DNA of 64,000 bases from Candidatus Binatia bacterium (GTDB lineage Bacteria > Desulfobacterota > Binatia > HRBIN30): NCBI GenBank assembly GCA_038245295.1, contig JBBRSP010000031.1, forward strand, positions 10,014-74,013, read 5' to 3'. The notes below the pieces were generated by a model that saw nothing but the letters and a program-made list of their open reading frames with translations, did no database searches and had not been told where the DNA came from. The position numbers were made by a program, and so were the translations under genes. The stretch's first letter is position 1. The number at the start of each line of letters is the position of its first letter. Shown piece by piece: positions 46,814-57,004 of this stretch.

Positions 46814-47675
46814 AGCGCGGCACACGCTTGGCAAGCTCGCCGAAGCCCAGGCATGCGCACAAGGCTTCGAAGCGCGGCCGATCGACGCCTTGCCAGCGCA
46901 GCTCGTCGAGTGACTGGTGCGGCAACGTCGCATCGGTACGCAGCGTGGTGAGCAACTTGTAGAGCGTCGCGTCGGTGCGCTGTGCCGCCAGGGCTGCTGC
47001 GAGACGTTCGGCACCGCGGACTTTGACGGGCCAAGCCCGCGGGTCATCCGGGATCGTCTCGAGAGAGCCGCAGGCGTTGAGGACCGTGGCGGCGCTCTTC
47101 ATGCCCCAGCCCGGGATTCCGGGTACGCCATCGGCGGTGTCACCGACCAGCGCCAACAGGTCAGGAATCAGTTTCGGCGGCACGCCGAATTTCTCGCGCA
47201 CGCCGATATCGTCGTAGATTTTCTCGCGCCGCCGATCGACAGTTACGATGTGGCTGCCGTCGACGCATTGGCACAGGTCCTTATCGGGCGACAGAATCTG
47301 CACCTGCTCAACCTCGCCGCCCCAGCGCGCCGCGCCGGTGGCGAGGCCGTCGTCGGCCTCGAACTCCACCATCGGCCACACCGCGATGCCGAGAGCCGCG
47401 AAGGCCTCCTCGGCAAGGGGGAATTGCGAGAACAGATCCATGTCGATGCCTTCACCGGTTTTGTACCCGGCGAACAGCTGATTGCGGAACGATTCGATGA
47501 CGTGATCGGTGGCGGCGGCGACGTGTGTGAGCCGAGGGTTGCGCAGCAGCGCCGCCATGGAGCCAATCAATCCCCGCACGGCGCCGACTTCCTGGCCATC
47601 GCGAGTGCGCTCGCTCGGCATGGCGAAGAAGGCGCGGAACAGCTCGTAGGTGCCGTCGATCAGGTGGAGCAACAT
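46803..47675 (-). CDS. Stand-alone 5'-3' exonuclease / flap endonuclease
   Basis: LIDGTYELFR, YK, FEADD, SPDKDL, LVGDTADGVPGIPGWG. Confidence 0.92.
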   Translation of the reverse strand: MLLHLIDGTYELFRAFFAMPSERTRDGQEVGAVRGLIGSMAALLRNPRLTHVAAATDHVIESFRNQLFAGYKTGEGIDMDLFSQFPLAEEAFAALGIAVWPMVEFEADDGLATGAARWGGEVEQVQILSPDKDLCQCVDGSHIVTVDRRREKIYDDIGVREKFGVPPKLIPDLLALVGDTADGVPGIPGWGMKSAATVLNACGSLETIPDDPRAWPVKVRGAERLAAALAAQRTDATLYKLLTTLRTDATLPHQSLDELRWQGVDRPRFEALCACLGFGELAKRVPRSAG

Positions 47676-47884
47676 GCGGCATCCCTGAGCACACAATGCC
47701 CAAGCGCGCTACTCGGCCCCCCTCGACGCAGGGCCGGCACAGGAGGACACCAAAGTAGTCATGCCGTCGGCTTGTCCGAAATGGTGTTCCAACCGATACC
47801 GAACGATATCACCCTCATCATCCAACCAGTTAGCAAAGCGCTGATCGGGTGTGGGGGCTGAACGGGAAAGTGGAGGGTCTGGTC

Positions 47885-48268
47885 ATGTCCTTGAGTGCTG
47901 GCAGCAACCAACGAGTTGGCCGCGATGTCGAGGCAGCCGCCCTGCGGGATCTGCTCGATCAACCGCGGCGTGCGACGGTGACATTCGTGGATGGTAACGC
48001 TGTGGAGGCAATCCCCGTGCGCGCTCGTTGCCAAGGCGACAGCTACGCATTCGGCACCACGGTCGATGATCTCGCGGCGCGCGAGATCGTCCTGCTGCTC
48101 GATGATGGACGGTACTGGTGGGAGTTGCGCGGTATTTCGGTGCGTGGCCTGGCCAGGCGTATGGATGCCGTGGGTCTGCGCGAGGGCGACGTGGAGCAGC
48201 TCACCTGGTATGCAGTCGAACCAACGCGGGTGCTGGCGTGGGACTATGGCAGCATGCGTCAGGTCTGA
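47885..48268 (+). CDS. Split-barrel (PPOX-like) protein
   Basis: DDGRYWWELRGISVRG and PTRVLAWDYG patterns; GGAGGG RBS. Confidence 0.65.
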   Translation: MSLSAGSNQRVGRDVEAAALRDLLDQPRRATVTFVDGNAVEAIPVRARCQGDSYAFGTTVDDLAAREIVLLLDDGRYWWELRGISVRGLARRMDAVGLREGDVEQLTWYAVEPTRVLAWDYGSMRQV

Positions 48269-48274
48269 ACGCCG

Positions 48275-48733
48275 ATGCCTACGCTCAACGATGCCGCGGT
48301 CCGCACCTCCTTGAAGCGATCGATGATCGTCGAAGTCGCGACGCGATCGGCGAAAGGCCATCCGTTTGTGACGCCATTGTGGTTCGTTGTCGACCGTGGC
48401 GTCGTTTACATCACCACGGGCCCTGAGTCGCGGGCGGGCCGGAACGTCGCGCAAAACCCGGAGGTGACGCTGCTATTTGACGGCCGCGGCAACGCTTCCT
48501 CTTACCAGATCATACGCCTGCACGGCTCGGCGACTTGCCACCGGGTGCTGCCGTCCTGGCGCGTGATCCTGCGCGTCGCTCTGAAGTACTATGCCGCGCC
48601 CCACGCTATTGCGGTGGAGCTGCGCAACCTGCGGCTCTGGCCCCTGCGCCGTCTCTACTACGCGCAAAACGGCGGCGCGTCTGGGCATCTCCAGGTCGTA
48701 CCGACGTCGGTGGAATTTCTGCCTAGGCCGTAG
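48275..48733 (+). CDS. Pyridoxamine 5'-phosphate oxidase family protein
   Basis: VATRSAKGHPFVTPLWF, RNVAQNPEVTLL. Confidence 0.8.
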   Translation: MPTLNDAAVRTSLKRSMIVEVATRSAKGHPFVTPLWFVVDRGVVYITTGPESRAGRNVAQNPEVTLLFDGRGNASSYQIIRLHGSATCHRVLPSWRVILRVALKYYAAPHAIAVELRNLRLWPLRRLYYAQNGGASGHLQVVPTSVEFLPRP

Positions 48734-48759
48734 GACGGGCGCCGGTCATCGACGCCGGT

Positions 48760-49206
48760 TTAGCGCCGCCCTTGGCGCAGCCAATCGACCACCTCGGCAT
48801 ACGGCCGTGCGCCGCGATCGCAGCGTAGAATTTCGGCGAGCGCCGCGTCGACGGTGAGACCTTCATGGCAGACGATGTGCGCCAGGGAGACGCTGGGGGC
48901 GCGGTTCACCCCCTCGCTGCAATGGACGTATACCGTCCGCCGCTCGTTGATGAGCTCATCCAGACGCTCGAGTGCCTCCGGCAGCCGCGCGATGATGGCG
49001 TGCGGATCGTGATCGTGGATGGGTACGTTGACGAAACGAATGCCCGGCTCACACGCGGCGCGCATGCGTTCGACGGCGGCGGTAAGCAAATCGACGCCCG
49101 GCTCCTGCAGCGACAGGATCGCTGAGATCTGCGCTCGCCGGAGGTGTTGCAGGTCGGGCGGGTGAACCGATGCTCCGAAGTACAGATGCGGGCGCAGCCG
49201 CCTCAC
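48760..49206 (-). CDS. Dual-specificity protein phosphatase family
   Basis: VYVHCSEGVNRAPS (CX5R); GTGA overlap with the upstream stop. Confidence 0.88.
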   Translation of the reverse strand: MRRLRPHLYFGASVHPPDLQHLRRAQISAILSLQEPGVDLLTAAVERMRAACEPGIRFVNVPIHDHDPHAIIARLPEALERLDELINERRTVYVHCSEGVNRAPSVSLAHIVCHEGLTVDAALAEILRCDRGARPYAEVVDWLRQGRR

Positions 49207-51437
49207 GCCGCCTCGACGGTTACCGGGATGTTGTTGAGCACGGCGTTGCCGGACAACGGATCTATCTCGGCTTCGTCCGTCAGCAGGTTCGAGTTGACGC
49301 CGGGCTGCTTGGCCGCCGTGTTCAGCCGCATGTCGGACTCGCTGTGGCCCCAGCCATGTGGCAGCGAGACGACACCCGGGCGAATCGTGTCGGTGATCTC
49401 CACGTCAACAGTTACGCTGCCGGCCCGCGAACGGACATGCGCCGCGGCGCCATCCTTCAGGCCTAACCGTACCGCATCGTGCGGATGAATCATGAGCGTA
49501 CAGCGCGGCCGACCGCCGGCCAGGATCGGCACGTTGTGCAACCACGAGTTGTTCGAACGCAGATGGCGCCGGCCGATCAGCACGAGGCCGCCGTCCTGTG
49601 GTCGCCGCAAAGCCGCGCGCATGCGCTCGACATCGGTAATGCACATGGCCGGGGCCAGCTCGATTTTGCCGCTGGGCGTGCGCAAGACCTCGGGCACGCG
49701 CGGCTTGAGTGGACCGAGGTCAATGCCGTGTGGATGCGACTCAACCTTCGTCAGGCTCACTCCTGTTGGATTCGCTCCGAAACCGTCGCCGTAGGGACCC
49801 GAGCGCAGCGCCAGATCGATCAGGCGCTCCGGCCCAACCCGTGGCTCCAGCGCCTTCATGATCTCGCCGACGTCGCGACCGTGGATTGGCGAATTGGGAT
49901 CGCCGACGGCGCGTTGCACTTGTGTCGTGGCCACGAACTCGTCGAGTCCGGCCACATCGGCGCCGGCACCTTGGCCACTGACGATCGCTGTCAAGCGCAG
50001 CAACGTCTGCCACTCGGCCGGTTGATCACTCGGCGGTGCAAACACCGGCGGTGAGAAGCGTACCGCGTTGCGAAACGCGAATAACGGGAAGGTGGCGTCG
50101 AAGTGCGGTGTTTCGAGCGGTGAGCGTCCCGGCAAGATGACATCGGCGTGGCGCGATGTTTCGTTCAGATAGATGTCGAGGCTGAGCATGAAGTCGAGTT
50201 GCTCGAAGGCGGCTGCCAGTCGTCCGCCGTTTGGTGTGCTCAGGAGCGGGTTGCCGGCGATGGCGATCAGGGCGCGCACCTGATCTTTGCCTGGTGTCTC
50301 GATCTCTTCCGCCAGGCACGCCACGGGCAACTCACCCATGACTTCCGGCGCCTGGCGCACGCGGCTGCGCCGCCGACCGGTGATGACGCCGCGGCCAATG
50401 CCCGGCTGTCCGTGCGTGTTGGCGCTGAAAGCCGGCGGCATCGGGAACATCGCGCCGCCCGGACGATCGAAGTTGCCGGTCAGGATGTTACAGGCGTCGA
50501 CGAGCCAACTCGCGACCGTGCCAAACTCCTGCGTACATGTGCCGATGCGGCCGTAGACCGCGGCGTGGTCGGCTTTAGCCAGGCATCGCGCGACATCGGT
50601 GATCGTCGCGGCGTCGATACCGCACATTTCGGCAACGGCGGCCGGTGTGAAGTCAGCACTCGCGGCGCGTAGGTCGTCGACGCCGTTGACGTGGTGGGCG
50701 AGGTCGCCCAGTCGCACCAGGCTCTCGCTGAAGAGAACGCTGATGATGGCCATGAGGAACTGGGCGTCGGCGCCGGGGCGAATCGCAAGGTGCTGATCGG
50801 CCGCCGCCGCGGTGCGGGTACGACGCGGATCGACAACGACACACTGTCCGCCGCGCTGGCGCAGGTCACGCAGCTTCCCCGGGAAGTCGGGCACCGTCCA
50901 CAGGCTACCGTTCGAATCGAACGGATTGGCCCCGAGGACAAGCAGGAAGTCGCAGCGTTCGATGTCAGGTACGGCAACGGTCGTGAACGTGCCGAACATC
51001 AGGCCGCCGGCGAGTTGTTTGGGAATCTGGTCGACCGTGCTGGCGGAGTAAATGTTCGTCGTGCGCAGCGTGCGCAGCAGCGCCTGGCCGTAGAGGGTGA
51101 GTGCCACGTTGTGGACGTTCGGATTGCCGAGATAAACGGCCACGGCGTTGTTGCCGTGTTCTTGTATGATCGGCAGCAGGCGCCGCTCAATTTCGGCGAA
51201 GGCGTCGTCCCAAGTCGTTTCGACCAGCACCCCGTCGCGCCGCACCAGCGGCTTGCGCAAGCGATCCGGATCCTCATGCAGTTGGGGCAGCGCCGCGCCC
51301 TTTGGGCAGAGGAATCCATGGCTGAAGACGTCGTCATCGTCGCCGCGCACGGAGGTGACCTTGTGATCTTCGACTTCCAGCGTGAGCCCGCAGGTCGCCT
51401 CGCAGAGCGAACAGATTCTGTAGTGTGTTTGCGGCAT
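49203..51437 (-). CDS. Molybdopterin-dependent oxidoreductase with N-terminal 4Fe-4S site
   Basis: CSLCEATCG..CPKG, DPDRLRKPL, GNFDRPGG, C-terminal RRHLRSNNSWLHN and PGVVSLPHGWG. Confidence 0.92.
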   Translation of the reverse strand: MPQTHYRICSLCEATCGLTLEVEDHKVTSVRGDDDDVFSHGFLCPKGAALPQLHEDPDRLRKPLVRRDGVLVETTWDDAFAEIERRLLPIIQEHGNNAVAVYLGNPNVHNVALTLYGQALLRTLRTTNIYSASTVDQIPKQLAGGLMFGTFTTVAVPDIERCDFLLVLGANPFDSNGSLWTVPDFPGKLRDLRQRGGQCVVVDPRRTRTAAAADQHLAIRPGADAQFLMAIISVLFSESLVRLGDLAHHVNGVDDLRAASADFTPAAVAEMCGIDAATITDVARCLAKADHAAVYGRIGTCTQEFGTVASWLVDACNILTGNFDRPGGAMFPMPPAFSANTHGQPGIGRGVITGRRRSRVRQAPEVMGELPVACLAEEIETPGKDQVRALIAIAGNPLLSTPNGGRLAAAFEQLDFMLSLDIYLNETSRHADVILPGRSPLETPHFDATFPLFAFRNAVRFSPPVFAPPSDQPAEWQTLLRLTAIVSGQGAGADVAGLDEFVATTQVQRAVGDPNSPIHGRDVGEIMKALEPRVGPERLIDLALRSGPYGDGFGANPTGVSLTKVESHPHGIDLGPLKPRVPEVLRTPSGKIELAPAMCITDVERMRAALRRPQDGGLVLIGRRHLRSNNSWLHNVPILAGGRPRCTLMIHPHDAVRLGLKDGAAAHVRSRAGSVTVDVEITDTIRPGVVSLPHGWGHSESDMRLNTAAKQPGVNSNLLTDEAEIDPLSGNAVLNNIPVTVEAA

Positions 51438-51440
51438 GAC

Positions 51441-52262
51441 CTACTCCTTCTTGGCGCCGGCGAGCAGCGGATTGTGGGCGTGGTTGCGAGCGATGAGGTT
51501 GACCGTCTGCTGTGGGAACAGGCGGTAGAGGAACCAGGCAATGCGCGCAAACGGTGTGTACGGGATGATGGCCCGATTACGCGTCACCCCGCGCAGCACG
51601 GCGACGGCCAGGCTGTCCACATTTCCCAGCGGCAACATGTTCATCGCGATATCGCGGTCGACGTTGATCAACGGTGAATTCTCGAGCAGCGGCGTATTGA
51701 TGAAGCCCGGGCAGACGACGCTGACGTTGACGCCGTAGCGTCGCGCCTCGCCGCGCAGCGAGGTCGACAAGCCGACGACAGCGTGTTTCGTCATGCCGTA
51801 GATGGCCATGCCCGGCACCGGTAACAGGCCGGCCGCGGACGCCGTGTTGATGATGTGTCCGGAGCTTTGGCGGATCATCACCGGGTAAGCGGCGTTGACG
51901 CCGTGGATGACGCCGCGGACGTTGACGTCGAGCAGGCGGTTCCAGTCGGCGAGTGTCATCACCCTTACCTCGCCGCCGATGGCGATACCGGCGTTGTTGA
52001 ACAGGTAGTCGAGATGCCCACGCGTTGCGGCGATCTCTTGCACGACGCGCTCGAAGGCCACCGGGTCGGTCACGTCGAGTGTCACCGCCGTCGCTTGACC
52101 GCCGGCAGCGACGATAGCCGCGGCTGCCGCGGCGGCACCCTCGGTGTTGCGATCGGCAAGCACGACAAACGCGCCCTGTCGGCTCAAATGCTCACCGAAA
52201 GCTTTGCCGATCCCGGAAGCCCCACCGGTGATCAGGGCAACCTTGTTTTGGAAGACACTCAT
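51441..52262 (-). CDS. Short-chain dehydrogenase/reductase
   Basis: TGGASGIG, NNAGI, YGMTK. Confidence 0.93.
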   Translation of the reverse strand: MSVFQNKVALITGGASGIGKAFGEHLSRQGAFVVLADRNTEGAAAAAAAIVAAGGQATAVTLDVTDPVAFERVVQEIAATRGHLDYLFNNAGIAIGGEVRVMTLADWNRLLDVNVRGVIHGVNAAYPVMIRQSSGHIINTASAAGLLPVPGMAIYGMTKHAVVGLSTSLRGEARRYGVNVSVVCPGFINTPLLENSPLINVDRDIAMNMLPLGNVDSLAVAVLRGVTRNRAIIPYTPFARIAWFLYRLFPQQTVNLIARNHAHNPLLAGAKKE

Positions 52263-52399
52263 AGGGGGAGCGATGCCATGGGCGCGCTGGAAGAACAACT
52301 GTGGGCTCGCGCCGTTCTCAGAACGGAGTCGGGCTGCCCCCAGCCCGCGACCTGTTGATCGCCCTGAGCGGCGTGGGGGCACGCCGACTCCGTCCCAAC

Positions 52400-53608
52400 C
52401 TAGCGCCGCCAGCCCGGCCCGCCGGCTTTCGCTGCGTTGCGCGAGATCGGTAGTTTGAGCAGGCGGCATTCGATGGCGCCGTTGTAGAGAACTGTACGCC
52501 GCACCGGCTTGAGGCCGATGCTGCGTGCCAGTTCCGGGTTGCCGGCGAGGATGTACGCTTCCCAGCCGAGGAAGCGGCGTCGCAGGATGTCACCGAGCTC
52601 AGCATAGACACGGCGGAGTTTGTCGACCTCGCCGAGGCGCTCGCCGTATGGCGGGTTCGTGACGAGGATCCCCTGCGGTTCGAGGGGCACGCCGAAGTCG
52701 ATAGGCTCGCATTGTGCCAGTTGACGCTTCTCGACGTGCACCCAGCCGCGCGCGCCGATGCGTTCGATATTGTCGATCGCCGCGGCCACGGCGGCGGGCA
52801 AGGCATCGTAGCCACGCAGGACCGGTAGCTTCTTACGATCGCTCAGCACCTGCGCGTCAGCCTCGTCGAGCAGGGTCTGCCAGAGCTTGGCGTCGTGTCC
52901 GAGCCACTGCGAGAAACCAAAGTGGGTACGCATTCGCCCCGGCGCCGTGCGCGTGGCGATCAGCGCCGCCTCGGTGAGGAAGGTGCCGGAGCCGCACATC
53001 GGATCGAGAAGGGGGATGCGGTTGGCGGCGTGCGTCGGCCAATCGAGCAGCAGCAGGATTCCGGCGGCGAGAGTTTCCTTGAGCGGCGCCGTCATGCCTT
53101 TCAGGCGGTAACCACGCCGGTGCAAGCTATCGCCGGAAAGGTCGAGGCTGATGCTGGCGCGGCTGCCGTCGAAGTAGAGATGCGCGCGCACGTCCGGTTG
53201 CTGCGGATTCACCGACGGACGGCTACCGAGCTCGTCGCGGAACTGGTCGACGATGGCGTCTTTGACCCGCAGCGCCGCAAAGTGCGAGTGGGCAAAAGAG
53301 GGATTTGTGGTGGCGCAATCGACGGCCAGCGTCCCGTTTGGCGCCAGGTGTTCGCGCCAGCGGATCTCGCGCACGCCGGCGTAGAGGTCCTCGGGTTTCA
53401 GTACTTTGAATTCGGCGAGAGGAAGAAAAATGCGGCTGGCGACACGCGACCACAAGCAGGCACGGTAGGCCGCGACGAGAGGGCCACGAAAGCGCACGCC
53501 GGCTCGCGCCGCTTCGACACCCTCCAGGCCAATCGTCGTCAGCTCCTGCGCCAGGACCTCTTCCAGCCCTTTGGCGGCAGTGGCAAAAAATTCATATTCG
53601 GCAGCCAT
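52400..53608 (-). CDS. rlmL: THUMP-domain 23S rRNA m2G methyltransferase (RlmL half only)
   Basis: YRACLWSRVASR, SLHRRGYR, APLKETLAA, DPMCGSGT, NPPYGERL. Confidence 0.85.
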   Translation of the reverse strand: MAAEYEFFATAAKGLEEVLAQELTTIGLEGVEAARAGVRFRGPLVAAYRACLWSRVASRIFLPLAEFKVLKPEDLYAGVREIRWREHLAPNGTLAVDCATTNPSFAHSHFAALRVKDAIVDQFRDELGSRPSVNPQQPDVRAHLYFDGSRASISLDLSGDSLHRRGYRLKGMTAPLKETLAAGILLLLDWPTHAANRIPLLDPMCGSGTFLTEAALIATRTAPGRMRTHFGFSQWLGHDAKLWQTLLDEADAQVLSDRKKLPVLRGYDALPAAVAAAIDNIERIGARGWVHVEKRQLAQCEPIDFGVPLEPQGILVTNPPYGERLGEVDKLRRVYAELGDILRRRFLGWEAYILAGNPELARSIGLKPVRRTVLYNGAIECRLLKLPISRNAAKAGGPGWRR

Positions 53609-53694
53609 GTGCCTGCCTGACTCAGGAGCATCAGCTGGTCAACCCCGACGATACCTCTGGAACCGCGGAGTCGTCGGTGGCAAGAGGCAGGACC

Positions 53695-54315
53695 ATGACC
53701 CTCACTCCCGAAGAGATGCGCCGCGCCATCAAACACTTGAAGCGGGCTGACAAGTGCCTGGCCCCCGTCATCAAGCGCAGCCAATCATGTGACATCAAGC
53801 GTAGAGGTAACGTGTACCAAGCCTTGTTCCGCTCGGTGCTCTATCAGCAGCTGGCCGGTAATGCGGCGGCCGCCATTGAGCGCCGTGTGCATGGGTTGTT
53901 CGGCGGCAAGTCGCCCGCGGCCGCGGATTTCGCTGCCATCCAGGACAATGCGTTGCGCGGCGCCGGCTTGTCACGGCAGAAGTCGCGCTACCTGCGGGAG
54001 CTTTCGGCACACTTCGCCGACGGCCGGCTCGAGGCGCGGCGCCTGGTGCGGATGAACGACGAAGACCTGATCAAGGCAGTCACGATTGTCCCCGGTATCG
54101 GTGTGTGGACGGCGCACATGCTGCTCATGTTTTCTCTGGCGCGGCCCGACATCTTGCCGGTTGGCGACTATGGCGTGCGCAAAGGGATGCAGGAGCTCTA
54201 CGGCCTCGGGGATTTGCCGAAGCCGGCGGAGATGGAAGAAATCGCCGCTCCGTGGAAGCCGTACCGCACGGTGGGGTCGTGGTACATGTGGCGTGTTCTG
54301 GAATCCAAGGCGTAA
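53695..54315 (+). CDS. DNA-3-methyladenine glycosylase II (AlkA-like HhH-GPD)
   Basis: YQQLA, GLSRQK, PGIGVWTAHM, DILPVGDYGVR, WKPYRT. Confidence 0.92.
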   Translation: MTLTPEEMRRAIKHLKRADKCLAPVIKRSQSCDIKRRGNVYQALFRSVLYQQLAGNAAAAIERRVHGLFGGKSPAAADFAAIQDNALRGAGLSRQKSRYLRELSAHFADGRLEARRLVRMNDEDLIKAVTIVPGIGVWTAHMLLMFSLARPDILPVGDYGVRKGMQELYGLGDLPKPAEMEEIAAPWKPYRTVGSWYMWRVLESKA

Positions 54316-54360
54316 TCCCCGCCCGTGCCCCCTCCCTGCGCCGGGCACGGGCCCGGGGTT
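54316..54360. repeat. GC-rich hairpin between convergent genes
   Basis: GCCCGTGCCC (54321-54330) / GGGCACGGGC (54343-54352) with outer CCCCG/CGGGG. Confidence 0.6.
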
Positions 54361-55264
54361 AGAGGAACTCCTGCACGGCCTTCAGGAACAGATCGAGCTG
54401 ATCGTGATGCACCCAATGCCCAGCCTTTTCGATGTTGATCAGTTTGTAGTCTGCAAAGGCGGTGGCTCGCCCGTCCTTCTCCGGATCCGAAGCCCACGAG
54501 TCGCAGCCACGCACGAGCAATGTCGGGCATGTGATTCGACTCCACAGCTCACGGGCCTCGTTCATGTTGAAGAGATACGGTGAGGCGGCGCGCACGTAGT
54601 TGTCGAACTTCCACAGATAGGTGCCGTCTTCGTCGCGATACGAGCCGTGGACGGTGAGATGCCGCGCCTGCTCGGGGCTCAGTTGCGGGTTGGCATCGCG
54701 CATGCGTTGGACCGCTTCGTCAAGACTCTTGTACCGGTGCGGATGGCGCAGCGACAACCCCTGCATCTCGCCAATCCACGTACGCATTCGTTCCTGGGCC
54801 GGAGTTTCTTTGATCAGCCCCGGTGGCGGGCCGAGGCCTTCGATCGCCACCACCTTCTTAACCAGCTTCGGATAGGTGCCGGTGTATTGCAGGGCGACGG
54901 AGCCACCGAGAGAGTGACCGATGATGGTGATCGGGAAGCTGAACGAGTCGAGAGAGTTGAGGAGCTGCGCTACGTCGAGCGTATAGTCGATCATCGCATA
55001 CGAGCCGCCGACGGCCCACTGCGAGTCGCCATGGCCGCGTAGGTCGGGCGCGATGATGTGGTAGTCGTCGCGCAGTGCGTGCGCCACCCAATCCCAGTTG
55101 CGCGCGTGATCTCGGCCGCCGTGAATCAGCAGAAGGGGCGGCTTGCCGGGATTGCCCCAGTCGACGTAGTGCAGCTTGAGCCGCTGCGAATAGAAATAGT
55201 GGGAGGTGGGGCCGACAATGCTCGGTGAGCTGGTGATGTCGCGCTGCGAAGATTTTTCCGACAT
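54359..55264 (-). CDS. Alpha/beta hydrolase
   Basis: LIHGG, DLRGHGDS, GHSLGG, AGHWVHHD. Confidence 0.92.
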   Translation of the reverse strand: MSEKSSQRDITSSPSIVGPTSHYFYSQRLKLHYVDWGNPGKPPLLLIHGGRDHARNWDWVAHALRDDYHIIAPDLRGHGDSQWAVGGSYAMIDYTLDVAQLLNSLDSFSFPITIIGHSLGGSVALQYTGTYPKLVKKVVAIEGLGPPPGLIKETPAQERMRTWIGEMQGLSLRHPHRYKSLDEAVQRMRDANPQLSPEQARHLTVHGSYRDEDGTYLWKFDNYVRAASPYLFNMNEARELWSRITCPTLLVRGCDSWASDPEKDGRATAFADYKLINIEKAGHWVHHDQLDLFLKAVQEFL

Positions 55265-55401
55265 GCGGCGTTCAAATCACGAAACCACCTGCACCACCAG
55301 ACGGCGTCGTAACGCGGAGGTCCCGTTTGGGAGGATGCCGCGAAGCAGCGCGCCCACGTGCCGGGCGCGCCGCTCCGCGGCGCAACAAAATGCTGGACAG
55401 A

Positions 55402-55725
55402 TCAGACGACGGCAGTGATGGCTTTGATCAGCTGTGCCTTCGGCACGGCGCCAACGATCTGATCGGCGACCTGGCCGTTCTTGAAGAGAATCAAATTCGG
55501 AATGCCTCGCACGTTGTAACGCGACGGCGTGCCGGGGTTGTCATCGACGTTCATCTTCACGACTTTGAGCTTGCCGGCGTATTCCTTGGAGAGCTCTTCG
55601 ACCAAGGGCGCGATCGCTTTACACGGGCCGCACCACGGCGCCCAGAAATCGATCAGGACAGGCGTGCTTGCCTTGAGTACTTCTTGTTCAAACGTTGCGT
55701 CGGTTACTTGATTCACATCCGACAT
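55402..55725 (-). CDS. trxA: Thioredoxin
   Basis: [31 protein letters not shown]. Confidence 0.96.
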   Translation of the reverse strand: MSDVNQVTDATFEQEVLKASTPVLIDFWAPWCGPCKAIAPLVEELSKEYAGKLKVVKMNVDDNPGTPSRYNVRGIPNLILFKNGQVADQIVGAVPKAQLIKAITAVV

Positions 55726-55832
55726 GTGGTCCTCCTTCTGACGTAGCGGCGAACATAAGACCACCCCAGCACTCAATCAAGCTGCGGCGTGGAAGATCGC
55801 ACGAAGAGTTGGTTGCGTCCAAGCTCGCCGAC

Positions 55833-56975
55833 TCAACGCGCGGCCGACAAAATGCCGGAAACGCCAACGTTGAAGGGGCTAAGGAGGGGCAGAACCGCGA
55901 GGACTTCGCCGCCATCTTCAAGGACGACTTCGCCGATTACCTGATGTCGTTCCAGGGGTGCGACGACTTCACTCGGCACCTGGTAATGCAACTCGACGTG
56001 GCGTTCCTCGCCGCGTGGCCGGATCAGTGACCACCCCTTCGCGGTGATCGGCTGGATCGAGTCGACGGTGCCGCCCGAAATCTGCACCGGCATGTTGAGG
56101 CGTTCGCCCTCGCGCACAATTTCGACTCGTTCGTAGCCGGCGAAACCCCAGTCCAGCATTTCCTTGGCAACGGCATACCGTGAGATCGGGTCGGGCGCGT
56201 CCAATACCACGGCAATCAACCGCATGCCGCCGCGGGTTTCCGTCGCCACCAGGTGGTGCGAAGCCGGATGTCCCAAAGGATCACGGGTGGCGCCGGCGTG
56301 CAGACCGTCGATTCCGGGCACACTGCCGACGAGGCGGTTTGGATTGCGCAGCAGGGTCGTGCCGCTGTCGAAGGGGGCGCCGCTCAGAGATGTCCACTCG
56401 ATGAGTGTTTGGTGTCCCACAAGCGCCTGCGCCAGCCGCGCGATGTCCTGAGGGTTGGACAGGGCGCTCATTGTTTCCGTGTTCTTCGCGCCGCTGGCCG
56501 AGCTGAAGTGGGTGGAGGTCATACCGAGGCGCTCGGCGCGCGCGTTCATTTGATCAGCGCACATGGCCACGGAGCCGGCGATGACTTCGCAGATGGCTAG
56601 AGCCGCCTCATCCGAACCGCCGACCGCAACCGCCTTGACCAACTCGCGCAACGCGTAGGCGCGATCAGCGCGCAGGAGCAGTTGTCCGTCCTTGGCTTCA
56701 CGCGGTTCGCGGATCGCCGCGGGGCCGACGATGACGGGAACATCTAGCTTGAGGGTGCCAAGTTCTTCTTGTTCGATGGCGAGCAAGAGGACCATGAGCT
56801 GCGGTAAGGATCCGACCGGGCGACTTACGTCGGCTTGTGAGGCGCGCAGGACCTGGCCTGTGGACGCTTCGATGAGAACGTTTGCGGGTATAAACTTTTT
56901 CGCTGAGGGAATCGGAGCGGCCAAGGCCACCCCAGCCAACAGAAGCGAACTTACCACTCCACGCCACCACCACAT
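55833..56975 (-). CDS. D-alanyl-D-alanine carboxypeptidase-like protein (peptidase S11 + PBP5 C-terminal domain) with degenerate catalytic motifs
   Basis: MNARAERLGMTSTHF, RLIAVVL, MLDWGF and a PBP5_C-like tail; SxxK, SxN and KTG appear altered. Confidence 0.82.
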   Translation of the reverse strand: MWWWRGVVSSLLLAGVALAAPIPSAKKFIPANVLIEASTGQVLRASQADVSRPVGSLPQLMVLLLAIEQEELGTLKLDVPVIVGPAAIREPREAKDGQLLLRADRAYALRELVKAVAVGGSDEAALAICEVIAGSVAMCADQMNARAERLGMTSTHFSSASGAKNTETMSALSNPQDIARLAQALVGHQTLIEWTSLSGAPFDSGTTLLRNPNRLVGSVPGIDGLHAGATRDPLGHPASHHLVATETRGGMRLIAVVLDAPDPISRYAVAKEMLDWGFAGYERVEIVREGERLNMPVQISGGTVDSIQPITAKGWSLIRPRGEERHVELHYQVPSEVVAPLERHQVIGEVVLEDGGEVLAVLPLLSPFNVGVSGILSAAR

Positions 56976-57004
56976 GGGTGGGGCTGTATCACAGGCGACA
57001 TGAC

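Noticed and set aside
52400..53608. RlmL lacking the RlmK half as a truncation
   Set aside because: Stand-alone THUMP methyltransferases are common; the ORF ends normally with no remnant downstream.
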